DNA of 64,000 nt, taken from NCBI GenBank assembly GCA_963790475.1, contig CAWBOS010000011.1:96001-160000 (forward strand), written 5' to 3'. Every line of letters starts with the position of its first letter. Within the stretch, counting starts at the first letter, position 1. Shown in pieces: positions 29,791 through 40,814 of the stretch. A program made the translations under genes and the position numbers. Under the pieces are notes generated by a model, which was given only the letters and a program-made list of their open reading frames with translations, did not search any database and was not told the DNA's origin. The DNA is from an uncultured delta proteobacterium (lineage in GTDB: Bacteria > Desulfobacterota > RBG-13-43-22).

Positions 29791-30792
29791 CTAAGCCGGG
29801 ACAAACTCTGCCGGCCGGGCTTCCTCCAGGGAAATGGACTCTGTTGGGCAGGTCACCAGACAGAGACCACAGCCCATACACTTCTCAGGATTGACAACCG
29901 CGGTATCCCCTTCCCCCTCCATACTGATCGCCTCGAAATAACATCGATCCAGGCAGGATTCACATGAGGTGCATTCTTCAGAATCCACTTTGGCCCTGAA
30001 CCGGCTCGGCACGACGAATTTTCCCAAGCCGGTCCGGACCGAAGGCCAGTTCAGACAACAATCGCTGCAGCAGTTACAAATCACATGGCCCAAGGTCCTC
30101 TTGTTTCCGGTGACGTGGATCAGTCCCTCCTCTTCGCACATCTTCATCATCTGGAGGGCTTCCTCCTTTTCCAGCTTTCGACCGGTTCCGCGTTCTATCG
30201 AGTAATCGGCCGCCTTGTCGATCTGCACGCAGACCTCAATGGGCTTGCCGCATTCTCCGTCTATGGCCCGGCAGGAGCAGGGGGTAACTGCCAGGTTTCT
30301 GGCCTCGGCAATAATGCTCTTGACATCGTCGAAAGCCAGGATTTGAGTCTCGTTCTGGACGGACACATTGACCGGGATCACACGGATCACCGCCGAGGGC
30401 AGCATTTGCTCTAACTTCCGGCTGTATTCATCGAACTCGTTTTTCATGAAGGCTTTCCACAGGTCCAGCATCTTCCGAGGCGCATTAACAATAACTGCTG
30501 TGGAATCATGCATCTGAAGTACTTGCCTGACCCGATAATATCGGGTTCCGTCCGCTTTTTTCGACTTAAAGAGCAGACCCTTTTTGAAAAGCGGGTCAAT
30601 GGTCGCCTCAACCTCTTTCTCCTTCAGGCCGGTTTTTTGGGCGAGTTCCTGGATGGTTGCCGGTGGTGCGGCAGCCAACAGGACTTTGGCTTCTTTTTCA
30701 TCGGCTAAGGTTTCAAAAATTCCGGGAATGTATTTCGAGCCCCCGGCCCCAACTGCTTCCGCCAGTTTTTGATACAATGTTTCTTCTGCCAT
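29791..30792 (-). CDS. 4Fe-4S dicluster protein with N-terminal wHTH-like region
   Basis: CSCR, ICNCCSDCC, CTSCESCLDRC, CMGCGLCLVTCP. Confidence 0.85.
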   Translation of the reverse strand: MAEETLYQKLAEAVGAGGSKYIPGIFETLADEKEAKVLLAAAPPATIQELAQKTGLKEKEVEATIDPLFKKGLLFKSKKADGTRYYRVRQVLQMHDSTAVIVNAPRKMLDLWKAFMKNEFDEYSRKLEQMLPSAVIRVIPVNVSVQNETQILAFDDVKSIIAEARNLAVTPCSCRAIDGECGKPIEVCVQIDKAADYSIERGTGRKLEKEEALQMMKMCEEEGLIHVTGNKRTLGHVICNCCSDCCLNWPSVRTGLGKFVVPSRFRAKVDSEECTSCESCLDRCYFEAISMEGEGDTAVVNPEKCMGCGLCLVTCPTESISLEEARPAEFVPA

Positions 30793-30836
30793 TGGATTGT
30801 TTCTCCTTCTTTTTTATAATGTTTGTTAGAGAAATT

Positions 30837-31172
30837 TCAAAATCGAATATTGTTAACCCAAAGTTTCTGTAAAATAGGCCTTATCCCCAAGTATCCTTTC
30901 CGGATCAGGTCCTTTTTAATCTCCGGGAAATTGGCTGGAATTTCCCTTTTTAAAAAAGACTTAGGTTTCCGGATAATGGCCGGGTGGGATTTGATATAAA
31001 CATGCCGGTGATCCGAGGCCAGCCAAAGCAGACCGGCCATTCCTCGTGAAATATTCTCCCAACTATTAATTGTTTCCAGGATAAAATCAAGATATTCTTT
31101 TTCAGGAAGAAAAAGGGGTTTTTTGTATATGAAAAATTTTGATATCGTAGTCATTTCTGGAGTGAATATCAT
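30837..31172 (-). pseudogene. Possible decayed IS200-like Y1 transposase fragment
   Basis: LWLASDHRHVYI (HUH-like) ... FPEIKK ... KGY; weak. Confidence 0.3.
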
Positions 31173-31300
31173 GAATCTAAAAAGGTTTTAAGGTTTCAAC
31201 TTTCAAATTGACAAGGCATAAGATAGTAGAGTACATTTTGGCAGTATTAAATTATGGTTAAACTATTTCAAGGGGTCAAGGGATCAAAAGACGGGATGAC

Positions 31301-32224
31301 ATGAAGAACATTTTTGGACCGGTACCCTCCCGCCGGTTGGGATTTTCCCTGGGGGTGGATATCATCCCCTATAAAACCTGCTCATTTGACTGCATTTATT
31401 GTGAGTTGGGGAGAACCGACTGCAAAACCATTGAACCCGTTGAAGTGATACAACCGGATGACGTTCTGAAGGAATTGGACCAGGTATTGTCCGCCTCTCC
31501 CTTGACATTGGATTTTATCACCGTTTCGGGATCGGGGGAGCCGACCTTGCATCCCCAGCTGGGCTTGATCATCAAAGAGATCAAAAAAATGGGATCGGTG
31601 CCCGTTGCCCTGCTCACTAACGGTTCCCTGCTTTTTAACGATGAAGTCCTGGAAAGGGTTCTGGCGGCCGATGTAGTCGTCCCATCCCTGGATGCGGCGG
31701 ATCGGGTTGTTTTTCAAACCGTCAATCGCCCTCATCCGTCTTTGAGCTTTGACCAGTTGATTGACGGTTTGATCAAGCTGGGAAAATCCAAAGGTCCACG
31801 GATCTGGCTGGAAGTGCTGCTTCTTCGGGGGATTAACGATACCCCGGAACAGATTAAAGGTTTTGGACAATATATTGAAAAAATCAATCCGGAAAAAATA
31901 CACCTCAACACTGTAGTTCGCCCTCCGGTAGAAGATTACGCCGTCCCGTTGTCGGACGGGCGTTTGAAAGAGATCCAAAAAACCTGGGGACCTTGGGCTG
32001 AAATCATTTCCGGTCCGGCCCAGGACAAGGTTCAGACCAAAGGGGTTCTACAGGATTCTAAGATTTGCGACCTGGTGTCCCGCCGGCCCTGTACGGCCGA
32101 AGATATCGCCCGATTTCTGGGCCTTTCCCTGGAAGAAACGGTTCCTATCTTGGACCGGCTGATTCAGGAAAAAAAAATTAATTATGACCTGTTTAATCGA
32201 CAAGGCTTCTACCGGGGCAAATAG
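31301..32224 (+). CDS. Radical SAM protein
   Basis: FGPVPSRRLGFSLG, CSFDCIYC, SGSGEPTLHP. Confidence 0.9.
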   Translation: MKNIFGPVPSRRLGFSLGVDIIPYKTCSFDCIYCELGRTDCKTIEPVEVIQPDDVLKELDQVLSASPLTLDFITVSGSGEPTLHPQLGLIIKEIKKMGSVPVALLTNGSLLFNDEVLERVLAADVVVPSLDAADRVVFQTVNRPHPSLSFDQLIDGLIKLGKSKGPRIWLEVLLLRGINDTPEQIKGFGQYIEKINPEKIHLNTVVRPPVEDYAVPLSDGRLKEIQKTWGPWAEIISGPAQDKVQTKGVLQDSKICDLVSRRPCTAEDIARFLGLSLEETVPILDRLIQEKKINYDLFNRQGFYRGK

Positions 32225-32250
32225 CCCCGTATAATTTTTGGAGGAGATGA

Positions 32251-35200
32251 ATGAAGGATTTACATCTGGGAATGGATATCGGCTCGGTGAGCGTCAACAC
32301 CATTATAATAAGCAGCCAAGGAGAGATCCTCAAAGATGATTATCGCCGCACCAAGGGCCAGCCAATGGAAACCGCTCTGGAGGCTTTTAATGAATTTTTT
32401 TCAGAATTCCCTCCGGAGCAGATCCGGTCCATCGCCCTGACCGGGACGGCCGGGAAAAAAGTGGCCGACCTGCTCAGGGTCCCTTTTGTCAACGAGATCA
32501 TTGCCCAGGCCCGGGCCATAGAACGGTTTCACCCTCAGGTCCGAACTATTATTGAAATGGGCGGGGAGGACTCCAAGCTGATCCTGCTTTCTCCGGAAGA
32601 TGGGGGCCGCCTGGTCATCCAGGATTTCGCCATGAACACCCTTTGTGCCGCGGGTACCGGCTCATTTTTAGACCAGCAGGCCCATCGTCTGGGCCTGACT
32701 ATTGAAGAATTCAGCCAACTGGCCTTAAAGTCCCAGACACCTCCCCGGATCGCCGGCCGCTGCACGGTTTTTGCCAAAACCGACATGATCCACCTCCAGC
32801 AGGAGGCCACCCCGGATTACGACATCATCGCCGGGTTATGTTTTGCCGTGGCCAGGAACCTCAAGAGTAATATCGCCAAAGGTAAGAACATCCTCAAACC
32901 CGTTTCCTTCCAGGGGGGGGTGGCGGCCAACCGGGGGGTGCGGCGGGCCTTTTCCGAGGTCCTGGAGCTTAAAGAAGGGGAATTGGTCATCCCGGATCAC
33001 TTTTTTTCCATGGGGGCCATTGGGGCCTCTTTGATCGTTCAGGAAGACCCGGCCGCCCTCAATCAATTTAAGGGGTTGGAGCCTCTCAAAGATTATTTAA
33101 AAACTCAAACCTCAGAGGCCCGGCGGCTGGATGCTTTAAAATTAAGAGACGATTATATCCAGCCATTTTTCACCGGGCAGGCCCCGGTTCCGACGCAGGG
33201 GAAAAAGGTCGAAGCCTATCTGGGGGTCGATGTCGGGTCCATCAGCACCAACGTGGTGGTCATCGATAAGGAGATGCGGGTTTTATCCAAACAATATCTG
33301 ATGACCGCCGGCCGGCCGCTGGAAGCCATTCGACAAGGGTTGGAGGCGGCCGGGAAAGAAGTGGGGGACCGGGTCATCATCAAGGGGGCGGCTACCACCG
33401 GTTCAGGCCGGTATCTGACCGGGGATTTCATCGGAGCTGATATCGTCCGCAATGAGATCACGGCCCAGGCTACGGCAGCGGCGGCCATCGATCCTCTGGT
33501 AGATACCATTTTTGAAATCGGCGGCCAGGATTCAAAGTATATCAGTTTGGAAAACGGGGCCATCGTGGATTTTATGATGAATAAAGTCTGCGCCGCCGGA
33601 ACCGGTTCTTTTCTGGAGGAACAGGCCGAGAAGCTGGGCATCTCCATCAAAGATGAATTCGGGGCCCTGGCCCTGGATTCGGAGAGCCCGATCCGTTTGG
33701 GAGAACGCTGCACGGTCTTTATGGAATCCGACCTGGTCCACCACCAACAGAAGGGCCTGGATAAGAAGGACCTGGTGGCGGGCTTAAGTTATTCGATTGT
33801 CGAAAATTATCTCAACAAGGTCGTAGAAGACCGCCGGATCGGCAAACGGATCTTTTACCAGGGAGCCACGGCCTTCAACAAGGGGATTGTAGCCGCCTTT
33901 GAAAAAATCGTCGGCAAACCCATCACCGTACCCGAGCATAATGATGTGACCGGGGCCATCGGCGTGGCCATCCTGGCCATGCGGGAGCGAACCTGGGAGG
34001 AAAGCCGGTTCAAGGGGTTTGACTTGGCCCGGATCCATTATGAAATTTCCTCTTTTGAATGCAAAGGATGCCCCAATCAATGTGACATCAATAAGGTCAG
34101 CATTGAAGGAGAGAAACCCCTCTTCTACGGAAGCCGTTGTGACAAATATGATGTGGACACCAAAAAAACCGTCCAAAAGCCCATGCCCGACCTCTTTGCC
34201 GAGAGGGAGGCCTGGATGGCAGGGCAGTCCGAAGACTTGAATCCAGGAGGGAAACGGGGAAAAATCGGTATTCCCAGGGCTATGTTTTTCAGGGAGCTTC
34301 TGCCTTTTTTCCGTACTTTTTTCACCCAGCTTGGGTTTGAAGTGGTCATCTCCGGTGTAACCAACAAATCGATCATCCATCAGGGCGTGGAAAGCATGGC
34401 CGCCGAGACCTGCCTGCCCGTCAAGGTGGTCAACGGGCATATCCTGGAACTGATCCAGCAGGGAGTGGACCGGATTTTCCTGCCCAGCATCGTCGATTTG
34501 AAAACCGACAACCCGGATTATCCGCAGGGTGTGGTCTGTCCCCTGGCCCAAACCCTGGCCTACACAGTTCATTCTTCCTTCAACTTTCAGGATAAAGGGG
34601 TCCAAGTTTATTCACCGGTTCTCTATTTCGGAAGAGGAGAAAGGATCTTAAGACAGGGACTGATGAAAATGGGCCGTTCCCTGGGGATTATCAATCCATT
34701 TCTGATTTCCGGGGCCATGAAAAAAGGACTAACCGCCCAGGAAGATTTTTACAAAAAAATGCAGGATCGTGGCCGGGAGGTCATGGCCGCCTTAGGGCCG
34801 GAGGAGATCGCCATGATGGTCGTCAGCCGTCCCTATAACGGTGTTGATCCCGGCATTAACTTGAATATCCCCAAAAAACTGCGGGATCTCGGGGTCCTGG
34901 CCATCCCCATGGATTTTTTCCCCCTGGATCAAAAAAACGAGACCGAGGACCCTAAATACCACTACTGGCGGTTCGGTCAGAAGATCATGGGGGCTGCGGA
35001 AATACTCATCAAAGATCCAAGACTATATGGAATTTACGTCACTAATTTTAGCTGCGGCCCCGATTCCTTCATTCTTCATTTTTTCCGCGACGTTTTGAAA
35101 GGGAAACCCTATCTGGAAATCGAGATCGACGAACATAGCGCCGACGCCGGCGTGGTGACCAGATTGGAGGCCTTTTTGGATAGTCTAAGAAACAGTAAGA

Positions 35201-36456
35201 CCGCAGCCCTCCCGCTCCTGAAAAAACGAACGGACTTCCGTCTTCCATCCGGGAACCACCGAAAAATTTATATCCCGCCCATGACCGATCACACCCTGGC
35301 TGTGGCCGCGGCCTTTAAGGCCTGCGGCGTGGAGGCCGAGGTCCTGCCTGATTCGGATCAGGAAACACTGATCTGGGGCCGGAAATTGACCTCCGGTAAA
35401 GAATGTTATCCCTGCATCCTGACCACCGGAGACATGGTCAAGTTGATCAACCGAAAGAACTTTGATCCCGACCGTTCGGCTTTTTTTATGCCTTCGGGAA
35501 CGGGTCCCTGCCGGTTCGGGCAATACCACCGTTTTCATCGTCTGGTCCTGGACGACTTAGGTTTTCCTCAGGTGCCGGTCTATGCCCCGGATCAGAGCGA
35601 AACCCTTTATCGGGAATTGGGTATGGTCGGGGGTAGTGACTTTACCCGTCTCGGCTGGCAGGGAGTCGTAGCGGTGGATTGTTTGGAAAAGAAACTTCGG
35701 GAGACTAGGCCCTATGAAAAAAATCCGGGGAAGACTAACGGGGTTTACCACACCTATTTAAGTAAAGTTGCGGAGACCATTGCCTCCCGAGGGGATCTGG
35801 TGGAAGTCCTGCAGGCGGCAAGAACAGCCTTTGATGCCATTCCTGTAGAAAACCCCGGTTCCAAGCCGGTCATCGGCATGGTCGGAGAAATCTATACCCG
35901 GGCCAACAAATTTGCCAATGAAGATGTGGTCCTGGAGGTCGAGGCCCTGGGAGGAGAAGCCTGGCTGCCTCCGATTGCCGAATGGATTCTCTATACCAAT
36001 CACACCGCGATCTGGAGAGCTATTTGGCTTCGAAAGTATTCCAATCTCCTTGAACTCCTTTTAACTCACAGGATTCAGGTCAAACTGGAGCACGAACTGG
36101 AACATACTTTTAAAGGATCGATTCGTAACTACGGTGAGCCCCCCATTCGGACCACCCTGAAGAACGCCCATCCTTATCTGCATCCTTCCTTTGAGGGTGA
36201 GGCCATCCTGAGTCTGGGCAAGTCCAAGGACTACTGGTCCAAAGGGGCTTGCGGATTGATCAACATCATGCCCTTCACCTGTATGCCGGGGACCATCGTT
36301 AATGCCCTGCTGAAGCGGTTTCGGGAGGATCATCAGAACATTCCCTTCCTGAATCTTTCCTATGACGGACAGGAACAAACCAATACCCGTACTCGTCTTG
36401 AGGCATTCATGTATCAGGTGCAGCAGGTTAAGGCCGGAAAAGAAAAAGTGAGGTAA
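32251..36456 (+). CDS. 2-hydroxyacyl-CoA dehydratase activase-related protein (two BadF/BcrA ATPase domains + DUF2229-like)
   Basis: Two GxDxGS / GGxDSK / CAAGTGSFL modules; TCLPVK, FSCGPDS, PFTCMPG. Confidence 0.88.
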   Translation: MKDLHLGMDIGSVSVNTIIISSQGEILKDDYRRTKGQPMETALEAFNEFFSEFPPEQIRSIALTGTAGKKVADLLRVPFVNEIIAQARAIERFHPQVRTIIEMGGEDSKLILLSPEDGGRLVIQDFAMNTLCAAGTGSFLDQQAHRLGLTIEEFSQLALKSQTPPRIAGRCTVFAKTDMIHLQQEATPDYDIIAGLCFAVARNLKSNIAKGKNILKPVSFQGGVAANRGVRRAFSEVLELKEGELVIPDHFFSMGAIGASLIVQEDPAALNQFKGLEPLKDYLKTQTSEARRLDALKLRDDYIQPFFTGQAPVPTQGKKVEAYLGVDVGSISTNVVVIDKEMRVLSKQYLMTAGRPLEAIRQGLEAAGKEVGDRVIIKGAATTGSGRYLTGDFIGADIVRNEITAQATAAAAIDPLVDTIFEIGGQDSKYISLENGAIVDFMMNKVCAAGTGSFLEEQAEKLGISIKDEFGALALDSESPIRLGERCTVFMESDLVHHQQKGLDKKDLVAGLSYSIVENYLNKVVEDRRIGKRIFYQGATAFNKGIVAAFEKIVGKPITVPEHNDVTGAIGVAILAMRERTWEESRFKGFDLARIHYEISSFECKGCPNQCDINKVSIEGEKPLFYGSRCDKYDVDTKKTVQKPMPDLFAEREAWMAGQSEDLNPGGKRGKIGIPRAMFFRELLPFFRTFFTQLGFEVVISGVTNKSIIHQGVESMAAETCLPVKVVNGHILELIQQGVDRIFLPSIVDLKTDNPDYPQGVVCPLAQTLAYTVHSSFNFQDKGVQVYSPVLYFGRGERILRQGLMKMGRSLGIINPFLISGAMKKGLTAQEDFYKKMQDRGREVMAALGPEEIAMMVVSRPYNGVDPGINLNIPKKLRDLGVLAIPMDFFPLDQKNETEDPKYHYWRFGQKIMGAAEILIKDPRLYGIYVTNFSCGPDSFILHFFRDVLKGKPYLEIEIDEHSADAGVVTRLEAFLDSLRNSKTAALPLLKKRTDFRLPSGNHRKIYIPPMTDHTLAVAAAFKACGVEAEVLPDSDQETLIWGRKLTSGKECYPCILTTGDMVKLINRKNFDPDRSAFFMPSGTGPCRFGQYHRFHRLVLDDLGFPQVPVYAPDQSETLYRELGMVGGSDFTRLGWQGVVAVDCLEKKLRETRPYEKNPGKTNGVYHTYLSKVAETIASRGDLVEVLQAARTAFDAIPVENPGSKPVIGMVGEIYTRANKFANEDVVLEVEALGGEAWLPPIAEWILYTNHTAIWRAIWLRKYSNLLELLLTHRIQVKLEHELEHTFKGSIRNYGEPPIRTTLKNAHPYLHPSFEGEAILSLGKSKDYWSKGACGLINIMPFTCMPGTIVNALLKRFREDHQNIPFLNLSYDGQEQTNTRTRLEAFMYQVQQVKAGKEKVR

Positions 36457-36458
36457 GC

Positions 36459-38147
36459 ATGCCCCCAGTCAAAAAACTCCTGATCAATGCCGTCGATCCG
36501 GAAGAGTATCGGATCGCTCTGATCGAAGACGGCATCCTGGAAGAATTTTATATCGAGACCACGGCCAAAGAACAGATTCGAGGCAACATTTATAAGGGCG
36601 TGGTGGCCCATATCGAACCCGCCTTGCAGGCCGCCTTTGTGGATTACGGGAGCGAAAAAAACGGATTTCTCCAAGCGGACGAGATCCATCCGGAGTATCA
36701 CCTCGAACCTTCGGAACCCTCCGATTCCCACAAACACGGCCGACTCCCTATTCAGAAAATAATCCATCGCGGGCAGGAAATTCTGGTTCAGGTGACCAAG
36801 GAAGAGTCCGGGACCAAAGGGGTGGCCTTGACCACCTATATCTCTCTTCCGGGGCGGGATCTGGTTTTAACACCCGGCCAACCCGGCATAGGCGTTTCCC
36901 GCAAAATAGAAGATGAAGCCGAACGGGAACGACTGAAAACCATTCTGACCCAATTGAAAGCACCCGGAGAAATCGGCACCATTGTACGAACGGCCGGAGC
37001 GGGAAAGAAAAAGCAGGAACTGGCTGCCAACATGGAATCCCTGATGCGCCTGTGGGAAGAGATCCGGAGCCGGGCCATGGAACAACCGGCCCCTTCTCTG
37101 GTTTATAAGGAAATGGATCTGGCTATCCGGACCATCCGGGATCTTTTTACTCCCGACATCCAGGAGATACTGATCGACAATAAAGACATTTATAAACAGG
37201 TCCGGGATTTTCTGGGAATTATCGCCCCCCGCCAACGCAACCAGGTCAAACTCTACAAAGAGACCCGGCCGATCTTTTCCAAACACCAGATTGAAAACCA
37301 GATTGAAACCATTTTTCAAAACCGAGTCAAATTAAAATCCGGCGGGCAGATTGTTATCGATTCCACCGAAGCCCTGGTGGCGGTGGATGTCAATTCCGGG
37401 CGTTCAATCAAAGAACGACAGATCGAAGAAACGGCCTTCAAAACCAATCTGGAAGCAGCCGAAGAGATCGCCCGGCAATTGCGGTTAAGAGATTTGGGCG
37501 GATTGATCGTCATTGATTTCATCGATATGAAGGGGACCAAAAATCAAAACGAAGTGGTCAAGGTCATCAAGAATCACCTTAAAAGGGATAAGGCCCGAAC
37601 CACGGTCTCCAGGATTTCAAAATTCGGATTGCTGGAACTTTCGCGTCAGCGAATCCGGCCTCCGATCCAGTTCGGCACCTATTATACCTGTCCCGCCTGT
37701 CAAGGGAAAGGCCAGGTCCGGTCCATAGAAACCCTGGCCCTGATGTACCTTAGAAAGATTTCGCTGGGGATTTCCAAAGGAACTGTGGCCTCGGTCCATG
37801 GAGACCTTCCTCTGGAAGTAGCCAATTATCTGTTGAACCGGAAACGGGAAGAGCTGGCCCGTTTGGAAGAACGGCACCGGGTATCCATTTTTCTGGAAGG
37901 TCGTCCCCATCTGATGCCTGAAGAAGGGAAACTGGAGTTTTTGAAAAAGAAAAAAGAGGAACCCAAGGAGCCTGAGCCTCGAGGCAGGAGGCCGGGGCCG
38001 GAACTGGAGCCGGGGCCGGAAGGCCACGGGCATGAGGCCCGAGGAGGGAGGCTGGAGGAGGAAGGCGAAAAATACGACACCCAGGATATAAAAGTAGAAG
38101 AGGAAAAGGAAGAGGAAAATCAAAGCACCCTTGGTTGGACGGATTAA
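36459..38147 (+). CDS. Rne/Rng family ribonuclease (RNase E/G)
   Basis: GNIYKG, AAFVDYG, TEALVAVDVNSG, LRDLGGLIVIDFIDM, CPACQG. Confidence 0.92.
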   Translation: MPPVKKLLINAVDPEEYRIALIEDGILEEFYIETTAKEQIRGNIYKGVVAHIEPALQAAFVDYGSEKNGFLQADEIHPEYHLEPSEPSDSHKHGRLPIQKIIHRGQEILVQVTKEESGTKGVALTTYISLPGRDLVLTPGQPGIGVSRKIEDEAERERLKTILTQLKAPGEIGTIVRTAGAGKKKQELAANMESLMRLWEEIRSRAMEQPAPSLVYKEMDLAIRTIRDLFTPDIQEILIDNKDIYKQVRDFLGIIAPRQRNQVKLYKETRPIFSKHQIENQIETIFQNRVKLKSGGQIVIDSTEALVAVDVNSGRSIKERQIEETAFKTNLEAAEEIARQLRLRDLGGLIVIDFIDMKGTKNQNEVVKVIKNHLKRDKARTTVSRISKFGLLELSRQRIRPPIQFGTYYTCPACQGKGQVRSIETLALMYLRKISLGISKGTVASVHGDLPLEVANYLLNRKREELARLEERHRVSIFLEGRPHLMPEEGKLEFLKKKKEEPKEPEPRGRRPGPELEPGPEGHGHEARGGRLEEEGEKYDTQDIKVEEEKEEENQSTLGWTD

Positions 38148-38162
38148 ATAGAGAGCCCCCTC

Positions 38163-39041
38163 ATGCCTCACCCTTCATCCCTCAGGCCTTTAATCATCGA
38201 CATCCATACCCACATTTTCCCCCCTGAAATCTGCCGGGGCAGGCAATCTTTTTTTCCCGGAGAGCCGGCCTTCGAGCTTCTGTATAAGGATGAAAAAAAG
38301 GCCCCCTTATCGACTGCCGGGGGGCTCATTAGAGCCATGGACCGGGATGGCATCCAGGGCTCGGTAACCTTCGGGTTTCCCTGGAGGCAACAGGAATTGG
38401 TGCGTCGATCCAATGACTATGTCCTGGAGGCCATGGCCAGGTATCCGGAGCGTTTGTTGGGCTTTGCCTGTTTGAATCCGGAACTGCCCGAGGCCCTTGA
38501 AGAAGGGGAACGCTGTCTAAAGGCGGGGATGAAGGGTCTGGGAGAGATTGCCCTTTATTCTCCTTTGACCGGAGGTTCCTGGCGGGAAAGAATGAGTCCT
38601 TTGGTCGAACTGGCCCAGGGGTGGGAAGTCCCGATCCTGCTCCATATTAACGAACCGGTGGGACACCAGTATCCTGGGAAGGGGCAGCAGCCCTTCGGGG
38701 AGCTTTATGATTTAATCAAGGCCTTTCCGAAAACCCTTTTTATCCTGGCCCATTGGGGTGGAGGTCTGTGGTGGTATCAGTTGATGAAACGGGAAGTCAA
38801 AGAGGTCCTGGCCAACACCTATTTCGATACCGCCGCTTCCCCTTTCCTTTACCGGCCGGAGATTTACGAATTTGCAGTCAAAATCATCGGTACGGAAAAG
38901 ATCCTCTACGGCAGCGATTACCCGCTCCTGGGCCTTCAAAGGTATTTGAAAGAATTGGATCAGACCGGGTTGACCCCGGAACAACGAGGGGCCATTTTGG
39001 GCGGGAACAGTCAAAGGGTTCTGGGATGGCCTGTTTTATAA
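38163..39041 (+). CDS. Amidohydrolase family 2 protein
   Basis: IIDIHTH, ILAHWGG, YFDTAASP, YGSDYP. Confidence 0.88.
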   Translation: MPHPSSLRPLIIDIHTHIFPPEICRGRQSFFPGEPAFELLYKDEKKAPLSTAGGLIRAMDRDGIQGSVTFGFPWRQQELVRRSNDYVLEAMARYPERLLGFACLNPELPEALEEGERCLKAGMKGLGEIALYSPLTGGSWRERMSPLVELAQGWEVPILLHINEPVGHQYPGKGQQPFGELYDLIKAFPKTLFILAHWGGGLWWYQLMKREVKEVLANTYFDTAASPFLYRPEIYEFAVKIIGTEKILYGSDYPLLGLQRYLKELDQTGLTPEQRGAILGGNSQRVLGWPVL

Positions 39042-39104
39042 CTTAATCTTTTGACCAAGGGCCTCGTGCGGGTGCATTTTCAATTGATGAATTAAGATTT
39101 TACA

Positions 39105-39150
39105 TGGTGGGCGATGCGGGACTTGAACCCACGGCCTTTGGTTCCGGAGA
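39105..39150 (-). other. 3' half of tRNA-Arg(CCG), probable att-site duplication at a genomic island end
   Basis: CTCCGGA loop, ACCAA, AGGCC, GTGGG-TTCAAGT-CCCGC, ATCGCCC-A-CCA; no D-arm or 5' acceptor strand upstream. Confidence 0.85.
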
Positions 39151-39267
39151 CTCTCCTGAAGAATCAGATAATATAAAGGAACAAACAAAAAAAGAAGGGA
39201 ACTCAACCCCTTAACTAATAAGGGGGGTTCCCTTTTTTTATGTTGTTTTTGGGTATTTGATAATGGT

Positions 39268-39289
39268 CCGTTAGAAAACCGTTAGAAAA
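39268..39289 (+). repeat. Tandem 11-bp repeat CCGTTAGAAAA x2 (possible integrase arm-type sites)
   Basis: Direct repeat ~120 bp inside the tRNA fragment. Confidence 0.55.
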
Positions 39290-39447
39290 TCTATTCCTAT
39301 GGGAGGCGGTTACCTCTTATCCGGCGGCCCCACTTATTGATAGAGTTCGACGAGTCAAGTTTTCGGATCTGGGGACAACCCTTCCATCCGGCATAAGAAA
39401 AATGAGAGGCATCAAAAATAAAAGTCCCACACCAAAGGCAATCCTAA

Positions 39448-39590
39448 GAGAACTTTGAAAAATGTTCAATTTTGTTTAAGTTCAAGAAAGACGAAAATTT
39501 TAACCACAGGAATACATTTAGTATTTCGAGAATTAAAATTTGAGCCTCACACAGAAATAGGGGCAAAAGGGGACGTTTTTCAAAGCTCTC
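39448..39590. mobile_element. 143-bp MITE (family A), reverse orientation, no clear TSD
   Basis: Ends GAGAACTTTGAAAAA / TTTTTCAAAGCTCTC. Confidence 0.8.
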
Positions 39591-39619
39591 TTTAAAGCGT
39601 TGGCGGGAGTGAAACTCAA

Positions 39620-40306
39620 ATGGAGCGAAGAAGATTTTACTTCTTATTATTGGGTGGACTTCTGGTCCTGGGACTGTTGGTTTTTTCTCCGCCGGTCTTG
39701 AGGGGGTTGGGCCGTTTTATGGCCCCCCAAGGAACAGGAAAAGCCGATGCGGTGGTGGTGGAAGGGGACCAAGTGGTCCGGGAGGGGGCGGTGCGGGCCG
39801 GGGTGGCGCTTATTAAAGAGGGCCGGGCGAAGCAGCTCATTCTGGTGCTTCACCGATATTCCGAAAATGAAAAACTTTTCGCTATCCAGGATAAATACCA
39901 GGGGTGGTTGGAAGCGGAATTAGAACAGGGGGGATTGAGAAAAAACCAATACCATATTTGGATATTACCCATCAACGGTCATCCCATAACCCTCAGCGAA
40001 GCCCGTTACGTGGTGTCCAGGCTTTCTCTGGCAGGCATCCATAAAGCACTTCTCCTTTGCCTGAGCTTTCATACCCGGCGCAGCCTGCTGGTCTATCAAA
40101 ATCAGGGGGATGCTTTGGGGGTCCGTTTTATCCCCTATCCCTACTTCCCTTCCTACGGCCGGGATAACTGGTGGAAGGATACGGAAGGTATTAAGGACTT
40201 CGGTTCCGAGGCTATAAAACTGGGATATTATCTGATAAAGGGATATATTTCTTTCTATAAACTTTTCAGGGGATGCCCGGGTGGTCTGTCGGCTGCACTA
40301 TTGTAG
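39620..40306 (+). CDS. YdcF/DUF218-like membrane-anchored protein
   Basis: N-terminal TM, ADAVVV, T.SEA, SFHTRRS, WW...SE.IKLGYY. Confidence 0.7.
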   Translation: MERRRFYFLLLGGLLVLGLLVFSPPVLRGLGRFMAPQGTGKADAVVVEGDQVVREGAVRAGVALIKEGRAKQLILVLHRYSENEKLFAIQDKYQGWLEAELEQGGLRKNQYHIWILPINGHPITLSEARYVVSRLSLAGIHKALLLCLSFHTRRSLLVYQNQGDALGVRFIPYPYFPSYGRDNWWKDTEGIKDFGSEAIKLGYYLIKGYISFYKLFRGCPGGLSAALL

Positions 40307-40471
40307 GTTTGACCAGACCTCAAATATATGGCGCTCGATATTATAGGGAGAAAGATCAAAAACTGAAAAAGTTGCTAAGCTGTGTCGAGCAGAAATGTCA
40401 ACAACGAAGATTTGACCGCATGAAATTCTGCAGAAAAGAGATTTCTCCTCTCTACCCCTTTACTACTGTTG

Positions 40472-40515
40472 GTAAGAAAAAAGTATTGACAAATTCTTAC
40501 TCTTTCCCTTAAGCT
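40472..40515 (+). promoter_or_regulatory. Putative sigma-70 promoter with inverted-repeat operator for the TA operon
   Basis: TTGACA...TAAGCT; GTAAGAA/TTCTTAC flank the -35. Confidence 0.45.
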
Positions 40516-40553
40516 GACTCTCAGCAACCAAAAAGACCAGACGGAGGAAACAG

Positions 40554-40814
40554 GTGGAGGCAGGTAAATCCAGGGTAACATCAAAAGGTCAGATTGTGAT
40601 CCCAAAGAGATTACGGGAAAAGTACGCCATTGCTCCGGCAATGACGATTCGGTGGATCCCCAAGGAGGAAGGCTTGTTAATGGTTCCTGAAAAGGATGAT
40701 GCCATCAAAGCCGCTAGGGGAATGCTAAAGAGGTCGGGCCTACTGAAGACCTATCTGAAAGAGAAGCAACTGGAAAAAAGGAGGGAGAACAGAAGGCTTG
40801 GCAAAAGGCACTAA
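40554..40814 (+). CDS. AbrB/MazE/SpoVT-family antitoxin
   Basis: SRVTSKGQIVIPKRLREKY. Confidence 0.88.
   Translation: MEAGKSRVTSKGQIVIPKRLREKYAIAPAMTIRWIPKEEGLLMVPEKDDAIKAARGMLKRSGLLKTYLKEKQLEKRRENRRLGKRH

Noticed and set aside
39105-39180. Complete tRNA gene
   Set aside because: No D-arm or 5' acceptor strand; treated as an att fragment.
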